NCBI GenBank assembly: GCA_048937405.1 | Contig: JBHLNF010000003.1 | Span: forward strand, 216,624 to 280,623 | Source: Promethearchaeota archaeon | GTDB lineage: Archaea > Asgardarchaeota > Lokiarchaeia > Sigyniarchaeales > SOKP01 | DNA length: 64,000 nucleotides | Direction: 5' to 3' | Shown here: piece after piece, positions 1-10,499 of the stretch | How positions within the stretch are numbered: the stretch's first letter is position 1 | Layout: every line of letters begins with the position of its first letter | Position numbers and translations under genes: made by a program | The notes under the pieces: generated by a model | Database searches by the model: none | What the model was told of the DNA's origin: nothing | What the model saw: the letters and a program-made list of their open reading frames with translations, nothing else

Positions 1-364
1 GTTAAAGGTTTCATAATAAATTCTGATTCCATAAATATAATATAATAATAGATGAAATTTAGATGATAATACGAAATAATCCGAAGATTATCCAAAAAAT
101 ACCAGTAAATCTAATATATTTATTGATTTCTATAGATAATAAATTCTTTTTATTTAAAAAGATGATAGTTTTGCTACTTTTACCTATATAACTAAAATAG
201 TATCAATAGAGAATTAAATAACATTTTTAAGAGATTCAGTAAATATATAAACTGTATATTAATCAATGAATTTTTGCATTAATTTTTTTATAAAATTTAG
301 GTTATATATGTTATATCTCTTTTCCCATTCAAAAAATAGAAATTAAAAAAATTAGGTATAAATA

Positions 365-3337
365 ATGAAAATAATAAAAAAAAAGCAATTTGAGATCCTA
401 TTCTTAATAATATCTTTGAATGCATTATTTGTTTCAGCACTATTTACATATCAAGTAATACCTGGTTTTAAGCAATTCGCGCCAATAAATCCAGAGGTCA
501 ATAATTTTCCCAGTGATCTTGATAGAAGACAATTTTTTTCAAATGTTAAAAGTAATAACCTATTATCAAAGCAAAAAAATAATCAAGATTTATTGGAGAA
601 AAGAGAATTAGAACCAGGTTGTGCAGAGATTAATTTATTAAAATCCACTAATGATGGAATTGAAATAGAATTTTTATTAACTGACTTGATAATTGAAAAT
701 ATAAGTTCGTCTGCTGGAGACCTTTATCAGAAATTAAATCTAGTTGGGGGTGGATATTTAGCTGATATTGGGAAACCGGAGTTACCTACAAAAGGGATCT
801 ATTTAGATATCCCAGAAGATGTTGAAATTGAGTTAAATGTGAAAAGTACTGAATTTCATGAAGAAGAAGGATATAATATTTATCCATGCCAACCTTCTAG
901 TTTAGATTACGAAAATGAGATAAAATCATTGGAGAAGGATATGGAAACATATCAGATTGATTCCTTTTACCCAAATGAAATCACTGGAATTATAGATATA
1001 GGAATAATACGATCACATCATTCTATTCTTTTAATCATTTGTCCAGTTAGATATAATCCTGTTGAACAAAAAATTAGATTATATACCAAGATTTTAATTG
1101 AAATAAATTATTCTCCATTAAATTCCGATTCTATGGACTCGACTTCAAATGTGAGAAGTAGATCAAAATATGTTTCAAAGGTTTTTGAATCTATGTTTGA
1201 AGATGTTTTTCTTAATTATCAATCTCCCTCTGACTTTGAGTATGTTCATCATTTATCAAATGGAGTTGGTGGAGATGATTTTGATGGAGCAGATTATCTT
1301 ATTGTTACTCCTGATCAATTTTATGAAAGTATTCTACCTCTCGCGCAAAATAAAGAATTAAAAGGACTTACAACTGCAATTGTTAATTTATCAACTATAG
1401 GTGTAAGTCCAAGTGCCGATAATATTAGTGATTATATTCAAAACGCATATGATACATGGGATCCTGTCCCTACATATGTGCTTTTAGTTGGTGATACTGA
1501 TTTTTTACCTGTACATTACAAAAATCAACATCCTTATTATACATCACAATTGGTAGCAAGTGATCTTTATTATTCAACGGTAGATGGAAGTGATTATTTT
1601 CCAGATTTATTTGTTGGAAGATTACCAGTTCAAACTAACGATGAATTAGATATAATAGTTGATAAAATTGTAAATTATGAAGAGAATATAGATCCTGCGG
1701 ATACTTGGCGTAATAAGGTGTTATTGGCAGCTTATGAACAATCAGGAAGATTTTTTATTAACACTTCTGAACAAATTAGACAATATCTTGAAACAGAAGG
1801 ATTTATTTGCGATACAGTCTATACAGGTGGATCATATACAGGAACAACAGCAGATATAATAAATTGTATTAATGAGGGCACATTTCTAGTAAATCATCGA
1901 AACCATGGCGATGTTGATGGTTGGTCTAACCCAAGATTCGATATTTCAGATATAAATTCACTCACTAATGGAGATATGCTCCCTGTTATGTTTTCGATTA
2001 ATTGTTTAAGTGGATGTTTTGATCAAATGCAAGACTGCTTTGGAGAGGCAATATTAAAAGCAGAAAATAAAGGAGTAGTTGGATATATCGGTTCGACAAG
2101 AGTGAGTTATAGTGGCTATAATGATGAACTAGACAAGGGATTAATAACATCTATTTGGCCTGAATTTACTTCAGGTTATACTAATTATGTAGGAAATTCT
2201 GATAAATTAGGACCAATTTTAAATTTTGGGAAAATTTATATGTATGATAAATATGTACTTACAGGAGGTTCATACTATGGCTGGACTCCAACTCCTGAAG
2301 TAACTCTATGCGAATTTGAAGAATTCAATCTTTTAGGTGATCCTGAATTTTCTTTATTTCCTTCTAGACCAATAAATAATCCACCATATACACCAACTAA
2401 TCCCTTCCCTCCTAATGGAACCGTTGGAATTCCCACCAATACAATTCTAAGTGTAGATGTATCAGATCCCGAAGGTGATAGCATGAATATCTCATTTTAC
2501 GACGCTTCTGATGATAGCTTGATAAACTCTACGTATGGAGTACTTAGTGGGGGAACAGCCGAAATTAATTGGTTTGGGCTTAACGGAAATACTAACTATC
2601 AATGGTATGTGATTATTAATGATGGCAAAAATATTACTCAATCAGGAACATGGTCGTTTACTACTGAAAATAATGCTCCTGATGCCCCATCTAATCCCAC
2701 TCCTATAGATGGTGCTATTGGTGTGTCTGTTAATCCTACATTAAGTGTAGATATATCAGATCCAGATAATGATACCATGAGTATCTCATTTTATGATGCT
2801 TCTGACGATAGCTTGATAAATTCTATGTATGGAGTAATTAGTGGGGGAACTGCTTCTACTGGTTGGTTTGGGCTTTCAGAAGGCAAAATTTATGGTTGGT
2901 ATGTAATAGTTACAGATGGATCTTCTTCTACAACCTCATCTATATGGAAGTTTACTATTTTAAATAACGATCCTATCTGGGATCAACTCATCACAGACCA
3001 AATTATTGAATATGGAAATTCTCTTAATTATGATATAAATGCTTCCGATTTATCAGGTATTGCATCATATTGGGTTAATGATACAACTAATTTTTATATC
3101 GATGGTAATGGTATCTTGATTAATACATCAATACTAACTCCTGGAACTTATTGGTTAGAAATAAGAGCTTATGATCCATACGATAACTATTGTACCAAAA
3201 TTTTTAGTATTATAGTAGAAGAACCTGAAGAACCGATAGATCTTGGAATTCCCGGATTTAATATAATTATTCTAATCAGTTCGATTTCTGTTATTTTTTT
3301 GATATTGATAAAAACTAAGAAGAAATACCTAAATTAA
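365..3337 (+). CDS. Surface peptidase C25 (gingipain-like) with tandem Ig/FN3-like repeats and PGF-CTERM-like anchor
   Basis: N-terminal hydrophobic signal (ILFLIISLNALFVSALF). C25-like core blocks ADYLIVTPDQF, YVLLVGDTDFLPVHY, His motif NHRNHGDVDGW and Cys motif FSINCLSGCF. Two ~95-aa tandem repeats (..SVDVSDPEGDSMNISFYDASDDSLINS.. / ..SVDISDPDNDTMSISFYDASDDSLINS..). C-terminus is GIPGF + hydrophobic helix + KTKKK. Confidence 0.65.
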   Translation: MKIIKKKQFEILFLIISLNALFVSALFTYQVIPGFKQFAPINPEVNNFPSDLDRRQFFSNVKSNNLLSKQKNNQDLLEKRELEPGCAEINLLKSTNDGIEIEFLLTDLIIENISSSAGDLYQKLNLVGGGYLADIGKPELPTKGIYLDIPEDVEIELNVKSTEFHEEEGYNIYPCQPSSLDYENEIKSLEKDMETYQIDSFYPNEITGIIDIGIIRSHHSILLIICPVRYNPVEQKIRLYTKILIEINYSPLNSDSMDSTSNVRSRSKYVSKVFESMFEDVFLNYQSPSDFEYVHHLSNGVGGDDFDGADYLIVTPDQFYESILPLAQNKELKGLTTAIVNLSTIGVSPSADNISDYIQNAYDTWDPVPTYVLLVGDTDFLPVHYKNQHPYYTSQLVASDLYYSTVDGSDYFPDLFVGRLPVQTNDELDIIVDKIVNYEENIDPADTWRNKVLLAAYEQSGRFFINTSEQIRQYLETEGFICDTVYTGGSYTGTTADIINCINEGTFLVNHRNHGDVDGWSNPRFDISDINSLTNGDMLPVMFSINCLSGCFDQMQDCFGEAILKAENKGVVGYIGSTRVSYSGYNDELDKGLITSIWPEFTSGYTNYVGNSDKLGPILNFGKIYMYDKYVLTGGSYYGWTPTPEVTLCEFEEFNLLGDPEFSLFPSRPINNPPYTPTNPFPPNGTVGIPTNTILSVDVSDPEGDSMNISFYDASDDSLINSTYGVLSGGTAEINWFGLNGNTNYQWYVIINDGKNITQSGTWSFTTENNAPDAPSNPTPIDGAIGVSVNPTLSVDISDPDNDTMSISFYDASDDSLINSMYGVISGGTASTGWFGLSEGKIYGWYVIVTDGSSSTTSSIWKFTILNNDPIWDQLITDQIIEYGNSLNYDINASDLSGIASYWVNDTTNFYIDGNGILINTSILTPGTYWLEIRAYDPYDNYCTKIFSIIVEEPEEPIDLGIPGFNIIILISSISVIFLILIKTKKKYLN

Positions 3338-3528
3338 TTAACTTCATTTTTTTCTCTTTAATTTTTATCTATATATCCTACATTATAAATTATTAAAATT
3401 AGAAAAGATAATTCTCTCCAAGAAAAATCAAATGATATAAAATTCCTATTGGATTTATTCAAATATTCATTTAAATTAATATTTGATAATATTTAATTTG
3501 GGTAAAATAATTTTTAAGAGTTAAACTG

Positions 3529-4341
3529 ATGATATTAGAAGAAACTGTTGACTTAATTAAGCAAATTTACAAGATTAATCAAATTATATTTCCCAAAATA
3601 AATAATGTTGTAGTTGGCTTAGGATATACTTGTGTAGAAGTTTATGTTCATGCTCATAAATCTTTTCTAGGCTTAGCATCAATTTTACCAAATGTAATTA
3701 CCAATACAGATTGTAGTAAAATCAATTTTGCTGGTGAACTTACAAATTATTCGATAGAGGAGCTTTTAAATTGGTCCTTTGAAGCACCTAATCTGAAAAA
3801 AATTATAGGGATCGCAGCATTGAATGCTGTTTCTCAACATGTTTTAAAATTTATGAACACTTATAGAAAAGTTGAAAATAACATACTGAAGCTACTTAAT
3901 ATCCATGAAACTACCAAGGTAACGTTCATCGGATTAATGAAACCGATAATAAGAAATATTGCTGAAACCTCAAAACAAATTACAATCATAGAAGATTCAA
4001 TATCAATATCACCAGAATTTAAGAAATTTAAAAATACAAATAATCTTAACCAATTAGAGGAAAATGATCTACATACGGATATATTATTTTGCACAGGATC
4101 TGCATTAATAAATAATACCCTTGAATCAATCTTGGAAAAATTTAAAAGAAAAGCTCAGAAAATAATTTTAATTGGTCCAACTGCGAGTTTGATTCCCGAT
4201 ATTTTATTCGATTATGGAGTAGATATAGTTTGTGGAATGGAAATCTTTGATTCCAGAGCAACAATGAAAGTTGTGCAAGAAGGAGGAGGTACTAAATTAT
4301 TTAAAAAATATGGAAAAAAATATAACTTAATTAAGGATTAA
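3529..4341 (+). CDS. DUF4213/DUF364 (putative heavy-metal chelation, Rossmann-like) domain protein
   Basis: N-terminal VVVGLGYTCVEV block. C-terminal pattern VTFIGLMKP...IIED...DILFCTGSALINNTLESIL...IILIGPTASLIPDILFDYGVDIVCG, typical of DUF364. Confidence 0.55.
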   Translation: MILEETVDLIKQIYKINQIIFPKINNVVVGLGYTCVEVYVHAHKSFLGLASILPNVITNTDCSKINFAGELTNYSIEELLNWSFEAPNLKKIIGIAALNAVSQHVLKFMNTYRKVENNILKLLNIHETTKVTFIGLMKPIIRNIAETSKQITIIEDSISISPEFKKFKNTNNLNQLEENDLHTDILFCTGSALINNTLESILEKFKRKAQKIILIGPTASLIPDILFDYGVDIVCGMEIFDSRATMKVVQEGGGTKLFKKYGKKYNLIKD

Positions 4342-4478
4342 GTTGTTTTATTTTATTGTAGTTTTTCAACTATTTTCATATCGTTTCGAATAGGAATAGA
4401 ATAATAATTATAATTACATTACTTTAATTTTAATAAATTTAAGGATTTTATTTAATTGGTTAGGATGGTACATAAAAA

Positions 4479-5009
4479 ATGTCTCAACTAATATACACTT
4501 TTAAAACAATAATAATTGGTCCAGCAGCAGTAGGAAAATCTAGTCTTATACGTAGATTTGTAGAAAATAAATTTTCTTTACATTATAAATTCACGATTGG
4601 GGTTGATTTTTTAACAAAAGAGGTTGAATTCGAAACAGGAAAGATTTCTAAACTTACATTGTGGGATATAGGTGGACAAGACCGTTTTAAGGTATTGCGT
4701 AAAAGTTTTTATGAAGGAACCAATGGAGCGATTGCTGTATTTGATCTTTCAAGAGCTCAAACTTTTTCAAAAATGAAAGAATGGGTCTCAGATGCTCGTC
4801 AAACTATTGAAACTAATTTTCCGGTTGTTATAATTGGTAATAAATCTGATTTAATTCCGGATATTGGGTTAGTTATTGATCGAAATGAGGTTAAACAATT
4901 CGCTGAGAAAGAAAAAACTATATATATTGAAACTTCTGCTAAAACAGGAGATAATGTTGAAGAAGCTTTTCTTGAACTTACAAAACGAATGATAAAAGAA
5001 TGTTCCTAG
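4479..5009 (+). CDS. Rab/Ras-like small GTPase (paralog 1 of 3)
   Basis: G1 GPAAVGKSSL, switch I FTIGVDF, G3 WDIGGQDRF, G4 GNKSDL, G5 ETSAKTG. 176 aa. Confidence 0.85.
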   Translation: MSQLIYTFKTIIIGPAAVGKSSLIRRFVENKFSLHYKFTIGVDFLTKEVEFETGKISKLTLWDIGGQDRFKVLRKSFYEGTNGAIAVFDLSRAQTFSKMKEWVSDARQTIETNFPVVIIGNKSDLIPDIGLVIDRNEVKQFAEKEKTIYIETSAKTGDNVEEAFLELTKRMIKECS

Positions 5010-5222
5010 TTCTTAAGTAAGATAAAATTTACTATTACCTTAGTTTAACCATATATTTTTTATTTTTTTTAATATCCATAAATCTACTAATTTTGTTCTC
5101 TAAGCTATTTTATTTAATTTTTTGCAGATTTGGGATAGATTTCAATTTGAATATCTAATAACATGAATATAAATTGATGAATTCTTATTCTTAGTCTATA
5201 TAGAAAATTATATTGTTTTCTA

Positions 5223-5747
5223 ATGACGGAATATACCTTTAAGATACTAGTTATTGGACCTGCTGCAGTAGGAAAATCTAGTTTAATACGACGATTTGTT
5301 GATAATGAGTTTTCATTACAATATAAATTCACTATTGGTGTGGATTTTATGACAAAGAATATTATTAATAGACAAAATCAAAGTATTAGACTAACTATTT
5401 GGGATATAGGGGGCCAAGATCGATTCAAAGTATTACTCCGGAGTTTTTACGATGGTGCTCATGGGGCAATTGTAGTTTTTGATCTCTCAAGACCTTATAC
5501 ATATTTAAAGATGAAAGATTGGATTTCTGATATGTACAAAATAATGCAAAAAAGAATTCCTATTGTGATACTAGGAAATAAACTTGATCTGATAAGTGAA
5601 ATTGGTGAAACAATAGATCGAAATGAACTTTTTCAATATACTGAAAAAGAACGTTATTTTTATTTAGAAACATCTGCTAAAACAGGTGAAAATGTAGAAA
5701 ATGCTTTTACAGAAATTACTCAAAGAATTTTAGATAAAAATTATTAA
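5223..5747 (+). CDS. Rab/Ras-like small GTPase (paralog 2 of 3)
   Basis: GPAAVGKSSL, TIGVDF, WDIGGQDRF, GNKLDL, ETSAKTG. 174 aa. Confidence 0.85.
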   Translation: MTEYTFKILVIGPAAVGKSSLIRRFVDNEFSLQYKFTIGVDFMTKNIINRQNQSIRLTIWDIGGQDRFKVLLRSFYDGAHGAIVVFDLSRPYTYLKMKDWISDMYKIMQKRIPIVILGNKLDLISEIGETIDRNELFQYTEKERYFYLETSAKTGENVENAFTEITQRILDKNY

Positions 5748-5884
5748 TTTTTAATCTTAAAAAGTTCGTTTTATAATGATTAAAATGAATTAAAGGCATT
5801 TTTTTTTTCTATTTAAATTCAATGGTTTAGAAAATTTTAAAATATCAAACTAAGATAATTTAATAAAAGTAGCTTTGATACAAA

Positions 5885-6421
5885 ATGACGCTTTATGTAT
5901 TTAAAGTTTTAATAATAGGGCCAGGAGCAGTAGGGAAAACTTCACTTTTACACAGATTTGTGGAAAATAAGTTCTCTTTTCGGTATAAATTAACGATTGG
6001 AGCGGATTTTTTAGCTAAAGTTATTCAAGATCATCCAAAACCAGGATCAACAATAAAAATGCAAATTTGGGATATTGGAGGTCAAGAACGATATAAATTC
6101 CTAAGATCCAGCTTTTTTGATGGTGCCAATGGAGCCCTAATAGTATTCGATTTATCTCGATGGCATACATTTGAAGAAATTGATGAATGGTTATCAGATT
6201 TATATGAATATGCAGGTAAAGATGTTCCTTTTGCGTTAATTGGAAATAAGGCAGATCTAATTAACTCAAAAGACGAACTTTATGAACGAGAAAGCGCACA
6301 AGTATTTGCTAAGAAAGAAAAAACATTTTATGTTGAAACTTCTGCAAAAACAGGCGAAAAAGTAGAGGATGCTTTCTTGAATTTGGCAGAATTAATGATT
6401 AAAAAGATTAATCCTGATTAA
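5885..6421 (+). CDS. Rab/Ras-like small GTPase (paralog 3 of 3)
   Basis: GPGAVGKTSL, TIGADF, WDIGGQERY, GNKADL, ETSAKTG. 178 aa. Confidence 0.85.
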   Translation: MTLYVFKVLIIGPGAVGKTSLLHRFVENKFSFRYKLTIGADFLAKVIQDHPKPGSTIKMQIWDIGGQERYKFLRSSFFDGANGALIVFDLSRWHTFEEIDEWLSDLYEYAGKDVPFALIGNKADLINSKDELYERESAQVFAKKEKTFYVETSAKTGEKVEDAFLNLAELMIKKINPD

Positions 6422-6430
6422 ATTGTTTGT

Positions 6431-9400
6431 TTAATCTAATATTTTAAGCAATGCAAATGATATAATATTTGTATAAAATTTGGATTTATTCTTTTTAATC
6501 ATCTCATTTTTAAGATCTTCATATTCAAATGAAATATCATCCAATTTCCTTTTGGTTAAGATGATATCCTTGTTAATAAAATTAATTTCTTCTTCTAATT
6601 TTTTGATATCATTTAATCGCTCTTGCTTTTTTACTGCATCTGTTATTTTTTCTATATTATGGAGTTGCCGAGCAGTTGGTTTTTTATTATTATTTCTTTC
6701 CAATCTTTGATTTAATGATTCAAGTTTAAGATTTAAAGATCTTTTTTTATAAGAATAAATTTTTTCTTTTTTTTTCATTTCTTGAACAAAGATTTTATCG
6801 TTTAGATCTTTAATCTCTCTTTTCCAGTTTGATGTTTTAGATTTTATAATTTTTTTTGCTTTTTGTTGGAGTTCACTTATGACGTTATAATCTAATGATA
6901 TCATCTCTGGAGGATCATTGAATAATAAAATCTCATTGAAATTTTCGATATTTAGAATTTTATCTGATAAATTTACAATTTCATTACCAGTGTCACCGAT
7001 AACTATTGCAAAAATTTGATTTTCGATTATATAACCCTGAAATTTTACTGAAAAAATAAATAGATATAACTCATCGGTATTGATTGGTTTTAAATCCAAT
7101 AATTTTTCCAATTCTTTCTTTTTAAGATATAAAACACTAAAATTGCCATGAAATGATTTATTTTTAATAAAATCTAAAATGCTATTAATTAAAGGATGTC
7201 CTAAGGCAAAAAAATCAATTTCCTCTTTTTTCCTGGCAAGATCAAGATCAAATGTTCCAATATACTCATTTGAAACGTTAAAAATGAAATTTTTTAATAA
7301 ACTATCTTTAACTTCTATTCTTGATTTAAATTCATTATTTTTTTTCCCATCTTCAGAACCATCATATATATCTTCAAAAGTTCCATAAAGGTGATTATCA
7401 AGTTCGAAGAAATGCTTAATTAATAAATAGAGTTCATTATGGGTTAATTTTACTTCTACACAAGACGCTAATGAACTAATAAGACCTTCCATTTGAAATG
7501 ATTTTCTATCAATCATTAAATCATCTAATTGCATCTCAATTTCCTTTGCTCTCCTTATTTCTTCATCAAGAGTTCTATAAAAATCGTTTAATTTCTTTCT
7601 TTTTTTCCCATCTTCTTCAGCAAAAATTACACCTTTGAAATCTTTTTCGATACTCCCTATAATTGGTTCCAAAATTCCAATTGATTCTTCAAAAAGATTA
7701 ATACGTTTAATTATAGCATGTATTATGTCTGTTTCTACAGTTCCTTCCATGAATATATTATAAATATAGATTTCTTTTGATTCTTGACCAATTCTATCAA
7801 GTCTTCCTATTCTTTGTTCTAATTTCATTGGATTCCAGGGTAGATCATAATTTATCAACACACGACAGAATTGGAAATTTCGACCTTCACCACCGATTTC
7901 TGTAGAAATCAAAATTGAAAATTTTTGGCTTGATCTGAATCTTTCAACTGCTTCATCTTTTTGTAGCTTATCTAATCCTCCATAAAACAATTCAACTGTA
8001 TAGTCCTGATTAAGACTCTCAATTAATGATTTAATAAATTTTAATGTATCAACGAATTGGGTAAAGATAATAATCTTTTCTTTATGATTTTGTGAATATA
8101 TTTGTTCTATTATTTCAATTAATTTATCTGATTTTGAATCATAGGGTAAAGTTTTTAATTTATCATAAAATTCTTTTAAAATTTTCTCTTGATTGAAAAG
8201 CTCTACTGCTTCTTCTTTTTTTTTCTTGAATTCTTTATTATCAAAAAAATCAATTCGTTCTATATCAAGATATTGATCCTCTAATTCTGATTCGTAATAT
8301 TCAGGATCCTCCTGTTTAATTATAGTAGGATCAAGAAAAATATCTTTGTACCTATCAATTTGTTCAAGTCTTCTTTCCAAGCTTTTCAAAAAAGCGAACT
8401 TGGAACTTGTTAATAATTTCTGTAGAGTGGTTATAATAAATCCTATTCCCACATTATCCTTACTTATAGAAGAATTATAAATTTTAGCTAGATATAAACG
8501 GATTTCATTATAAATATCTAATTCTTGTTGATTGGGATTAACCATAATCGTATTTACTATTCTTTTATTTAATAACTCTTTAGAAAATACGTTTTTTTTC
8601 CGATTTCTAATTAAAAATTTAGATAATGTATGATCTTCTTCAATTTTTCTAATTAAGTTTAATTTAAAGGAATTATCTTGAATTTGGGTCAATACTTGGT
8701 TAATTTCCCTTTTTTTGTCAATATATCTGAGCTCTTTTAAAAGTTTTATTGTATTTTTTACTTCAAAATTATTCAATCTATCAAGATTATTCAAATTTGA
8801 AACTAATAAATTAATAAAGGGCATATTTTTTCTAAAGTGCTCAAAATCACTGAAATTTTCAAAAACATCAGGATGAATAAGTTCAATTAAAGAAAATAAT
8901 TCAAATGAGTGAAGTTGTAAAGGAGTAGCAGTCAATAACAGCATACCTTCTGAATTAATACTTAATTTTTTCGCTAATTCATAATTAAGAGTTTCTCGAT
9001 AATTTCCAGTCATTGCATTAATAAGATATCTTCTTAAATGATGAGCTTCGTCAAAAATTACAATGTCCCAATTGATATTGGATAATAGTTCGATATATTT
9101 TTTATTTCGCGCAAATTGAAGTGAACAAATAATTAAATTATCATAATAAAAAGGATTCTGGAGAATTTCAAGATGTTTATAACTTCCCCTTTTTTTTAGT
9201 TCTTTGACTTTCTTACCATCATATATAACAAAATTGATATTAAATTTATTTTGCATTTCAAATTGCCATTGTTTCACTAAAGAGGCAGGAACTATAATTA
9301 AGATTCGTTCTGCTAAATCCCTTGCCATCATCTCCTTAATATATATGCCAGCTTCAATTGTTTTTCCAAGTCCAACTTCATCAGCTAAAATAATTCTTGG

Positions 9401-10039
9401 GAAATGTTCCTCAGACAAACGATGTGTAACATTTATCTGGTGTGGCATTAATGACAAGCGTGAATTTGTAATACACTTGATTTGATATGATTTATAATAA
9501 GAATAAAACAAATTTGCCCAATATTTAATCAAAAAATTTTTAGGAGGATCAGCTATCTGCTTTGAAATAAGACTTTTAATAGGTGTTTCATACTTAGAAT
9601 AAATTTCATTTTCAAAAATCTGAGATTTTTTACCATTTTCCATTAAAAGTTCATAGGAAATTATTCCATCCTTAATCAGAAAATCTCTTTTATTTATATA
9701 ACCATTTCCTTGTTTAGTAACAATTTGTTCATCTTTATCAAAAATATAATGAATGAGATCAATAGGATGGATTAATTTAATTATACTATTTCTGAAAGAA
9801 ACTTTAAATTTAGCAACAATATAAGTATCATCCTCATCTAAAGATTTTGAAGTCGGGATTTCTAACTTTTTTATTACTCGTCCAATCCCTAAATCTGGAT
9901 TCAACCTATATATAACTAGGTTACCTACATTAAATTTCTGCCCTTGACAATAAACATTAAAACATTTAGAAAATCTTGATTCTAGTTCTTTTCCACAGAA
10001 AGGACAATTATAGTTAAGAGGATTTATATTGAAAGCCAT
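6431..10039 (-). CDS. SNF2/Swi2 family helicase-ATPase (RapA/HepA-like) with N-terminal zinc ribbon
   Basis: CPFCGKE..C..YCQG zinc ribbon. Motif I LADEVGLGKTIEAG, motif II FDEAHHLR, motif III LLLTATPLQ. C-terminal helicase block LISTEIGGEGRNFQ..LINYDLPWNPMKLEQRIGRLDRIGQ. Confidence 0.85.
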   Translation of the reverse strand: MAFNINPLNYNCPFCGKELESRFSKCFNVYCQGQKFNVGNLVIYRLNPDLGIGRVIKKLEIPTSKSLDEDDTYIVAKFKVSFRNSIIKLIHPIDLIHYIFDKDEQIVTKQGNGYINKRDFLIKDGIISYELLMENGKKSQIFENEIYSKYETPIKSLISKQIADPPKNFLIKYWANLFYSYYKSYQIKCITNSRLSLMPHQINVTHRLSEEHFPRIILADEVGLGKTIEAGIYIKEMMARDLAERILIIVPASLVKQWQFEMQNKFNINFVIYDGKKVKELKKRGSYKHLEILQNPFYYDNLIICSLQFARNKKYIELLSNINWDIVIFDEAHHLRRYLINAMTGNYRETLNYELAKKLSINSEGMLLLTATPLQLHSFELFSLIELIHPDVFENFSDFEHFRKNMPFINLLVSNLNNLDRLNNFEVKNTIKLLKELRYIDKKREINQVLTQIQDNSFKLNLIRKIEEDHTLSKFLIRNRKKNVFSKELLNKRIVNTIMVNPNQQELDIYNEIRLYLAKIYNSSISKDNVGIGFIITTLQKLLTSSKFAFLKSLERRLEQIDRYKDIFLDPTIIKQEDPEYYESELEDQYLDIERIDFFDNKEFKKKKEEAVELFNQEKILKEFYDKLKTLPYDSKSDKLIEIIEQIYSQNHKEKIIIFTQFVDTLKFIKSLIESLNQDYTVELFYGGLDKLQKDEAVERFRSSQKFSILISTEIGGEGRNFQFCRVLINYDLPWNPMKLEQRIGRLDRIGQESKEIYIYNIFMEGTVETDIIHAIIKRINLFEESIGILEPIIGSIEKDFKGVIFAEEDGKKRKKLNDFYRTLDEEIRRAKEIEMQLDDLMIDRKSFQMEGLISSLASCVEVKLTHNELYLLIKHFFELDNHLYGTFEDIYDGSEDGKKNNEFKSRIEVKDSLLKNFIFNVSNEYIGTFDLDLARKKEEIDFFALGHPLINSILDFIKNKSFHGNFSVLYLKKKELEKLLDLKPINTDELYLFIFSVKFQGYIIENQIFAIVIGDTGNEIVNLSDKILNIENFNEILLFNDPPEMISLDYNVISELQQKAKKIIKSKTSNWKREIKDLNDKIFVQEMKKKEKIYSYKKRSLNLKLESLNQRLERNNNKKPTARQLHNIEKITDAVKKQERLNDIKKLEEEINFINKDIILTKRKLDDISFEYEDLKNEMIKKNKSKFYTNIISFALLKILD

Positions 10040-10499
10040 TATCTTTATATAGTATTTAGTAAACTGTGAAGTAAAAATTTATTTATTTTAAATTAGAAGT
10101 GATTGAAAATCTCAATCGCTGGGATTATTAAAGCGTATCTTTTTTCCATTAGAAAATAAAATATTCTATATGGGGGCTTTAAAAATTGAAAAAGTATTGG
10201 ATATATTTGAAATTATATTAAGAGATGAAAATATAGCTTTCAATGAATGATTATTCTATAAAAACTATCTTAATCTAACGTAGAAGGGGAAAATTTTGTT
10301 TTTTCAATAATATTAGAATATTAATAGATATGATAGTTTTTTCTTTTGCCTGAGTTGATTTTATACAAAAATTAGATTCCTTTGTATTATTATATTACAA
10401 AAAAAATATAATTATTTTATAAAGAAAACATAATAGTTATATTCAAATTAAAATAAGCTTTTTAATATACAATAATATACTTAATGTTCACTACTGAAA

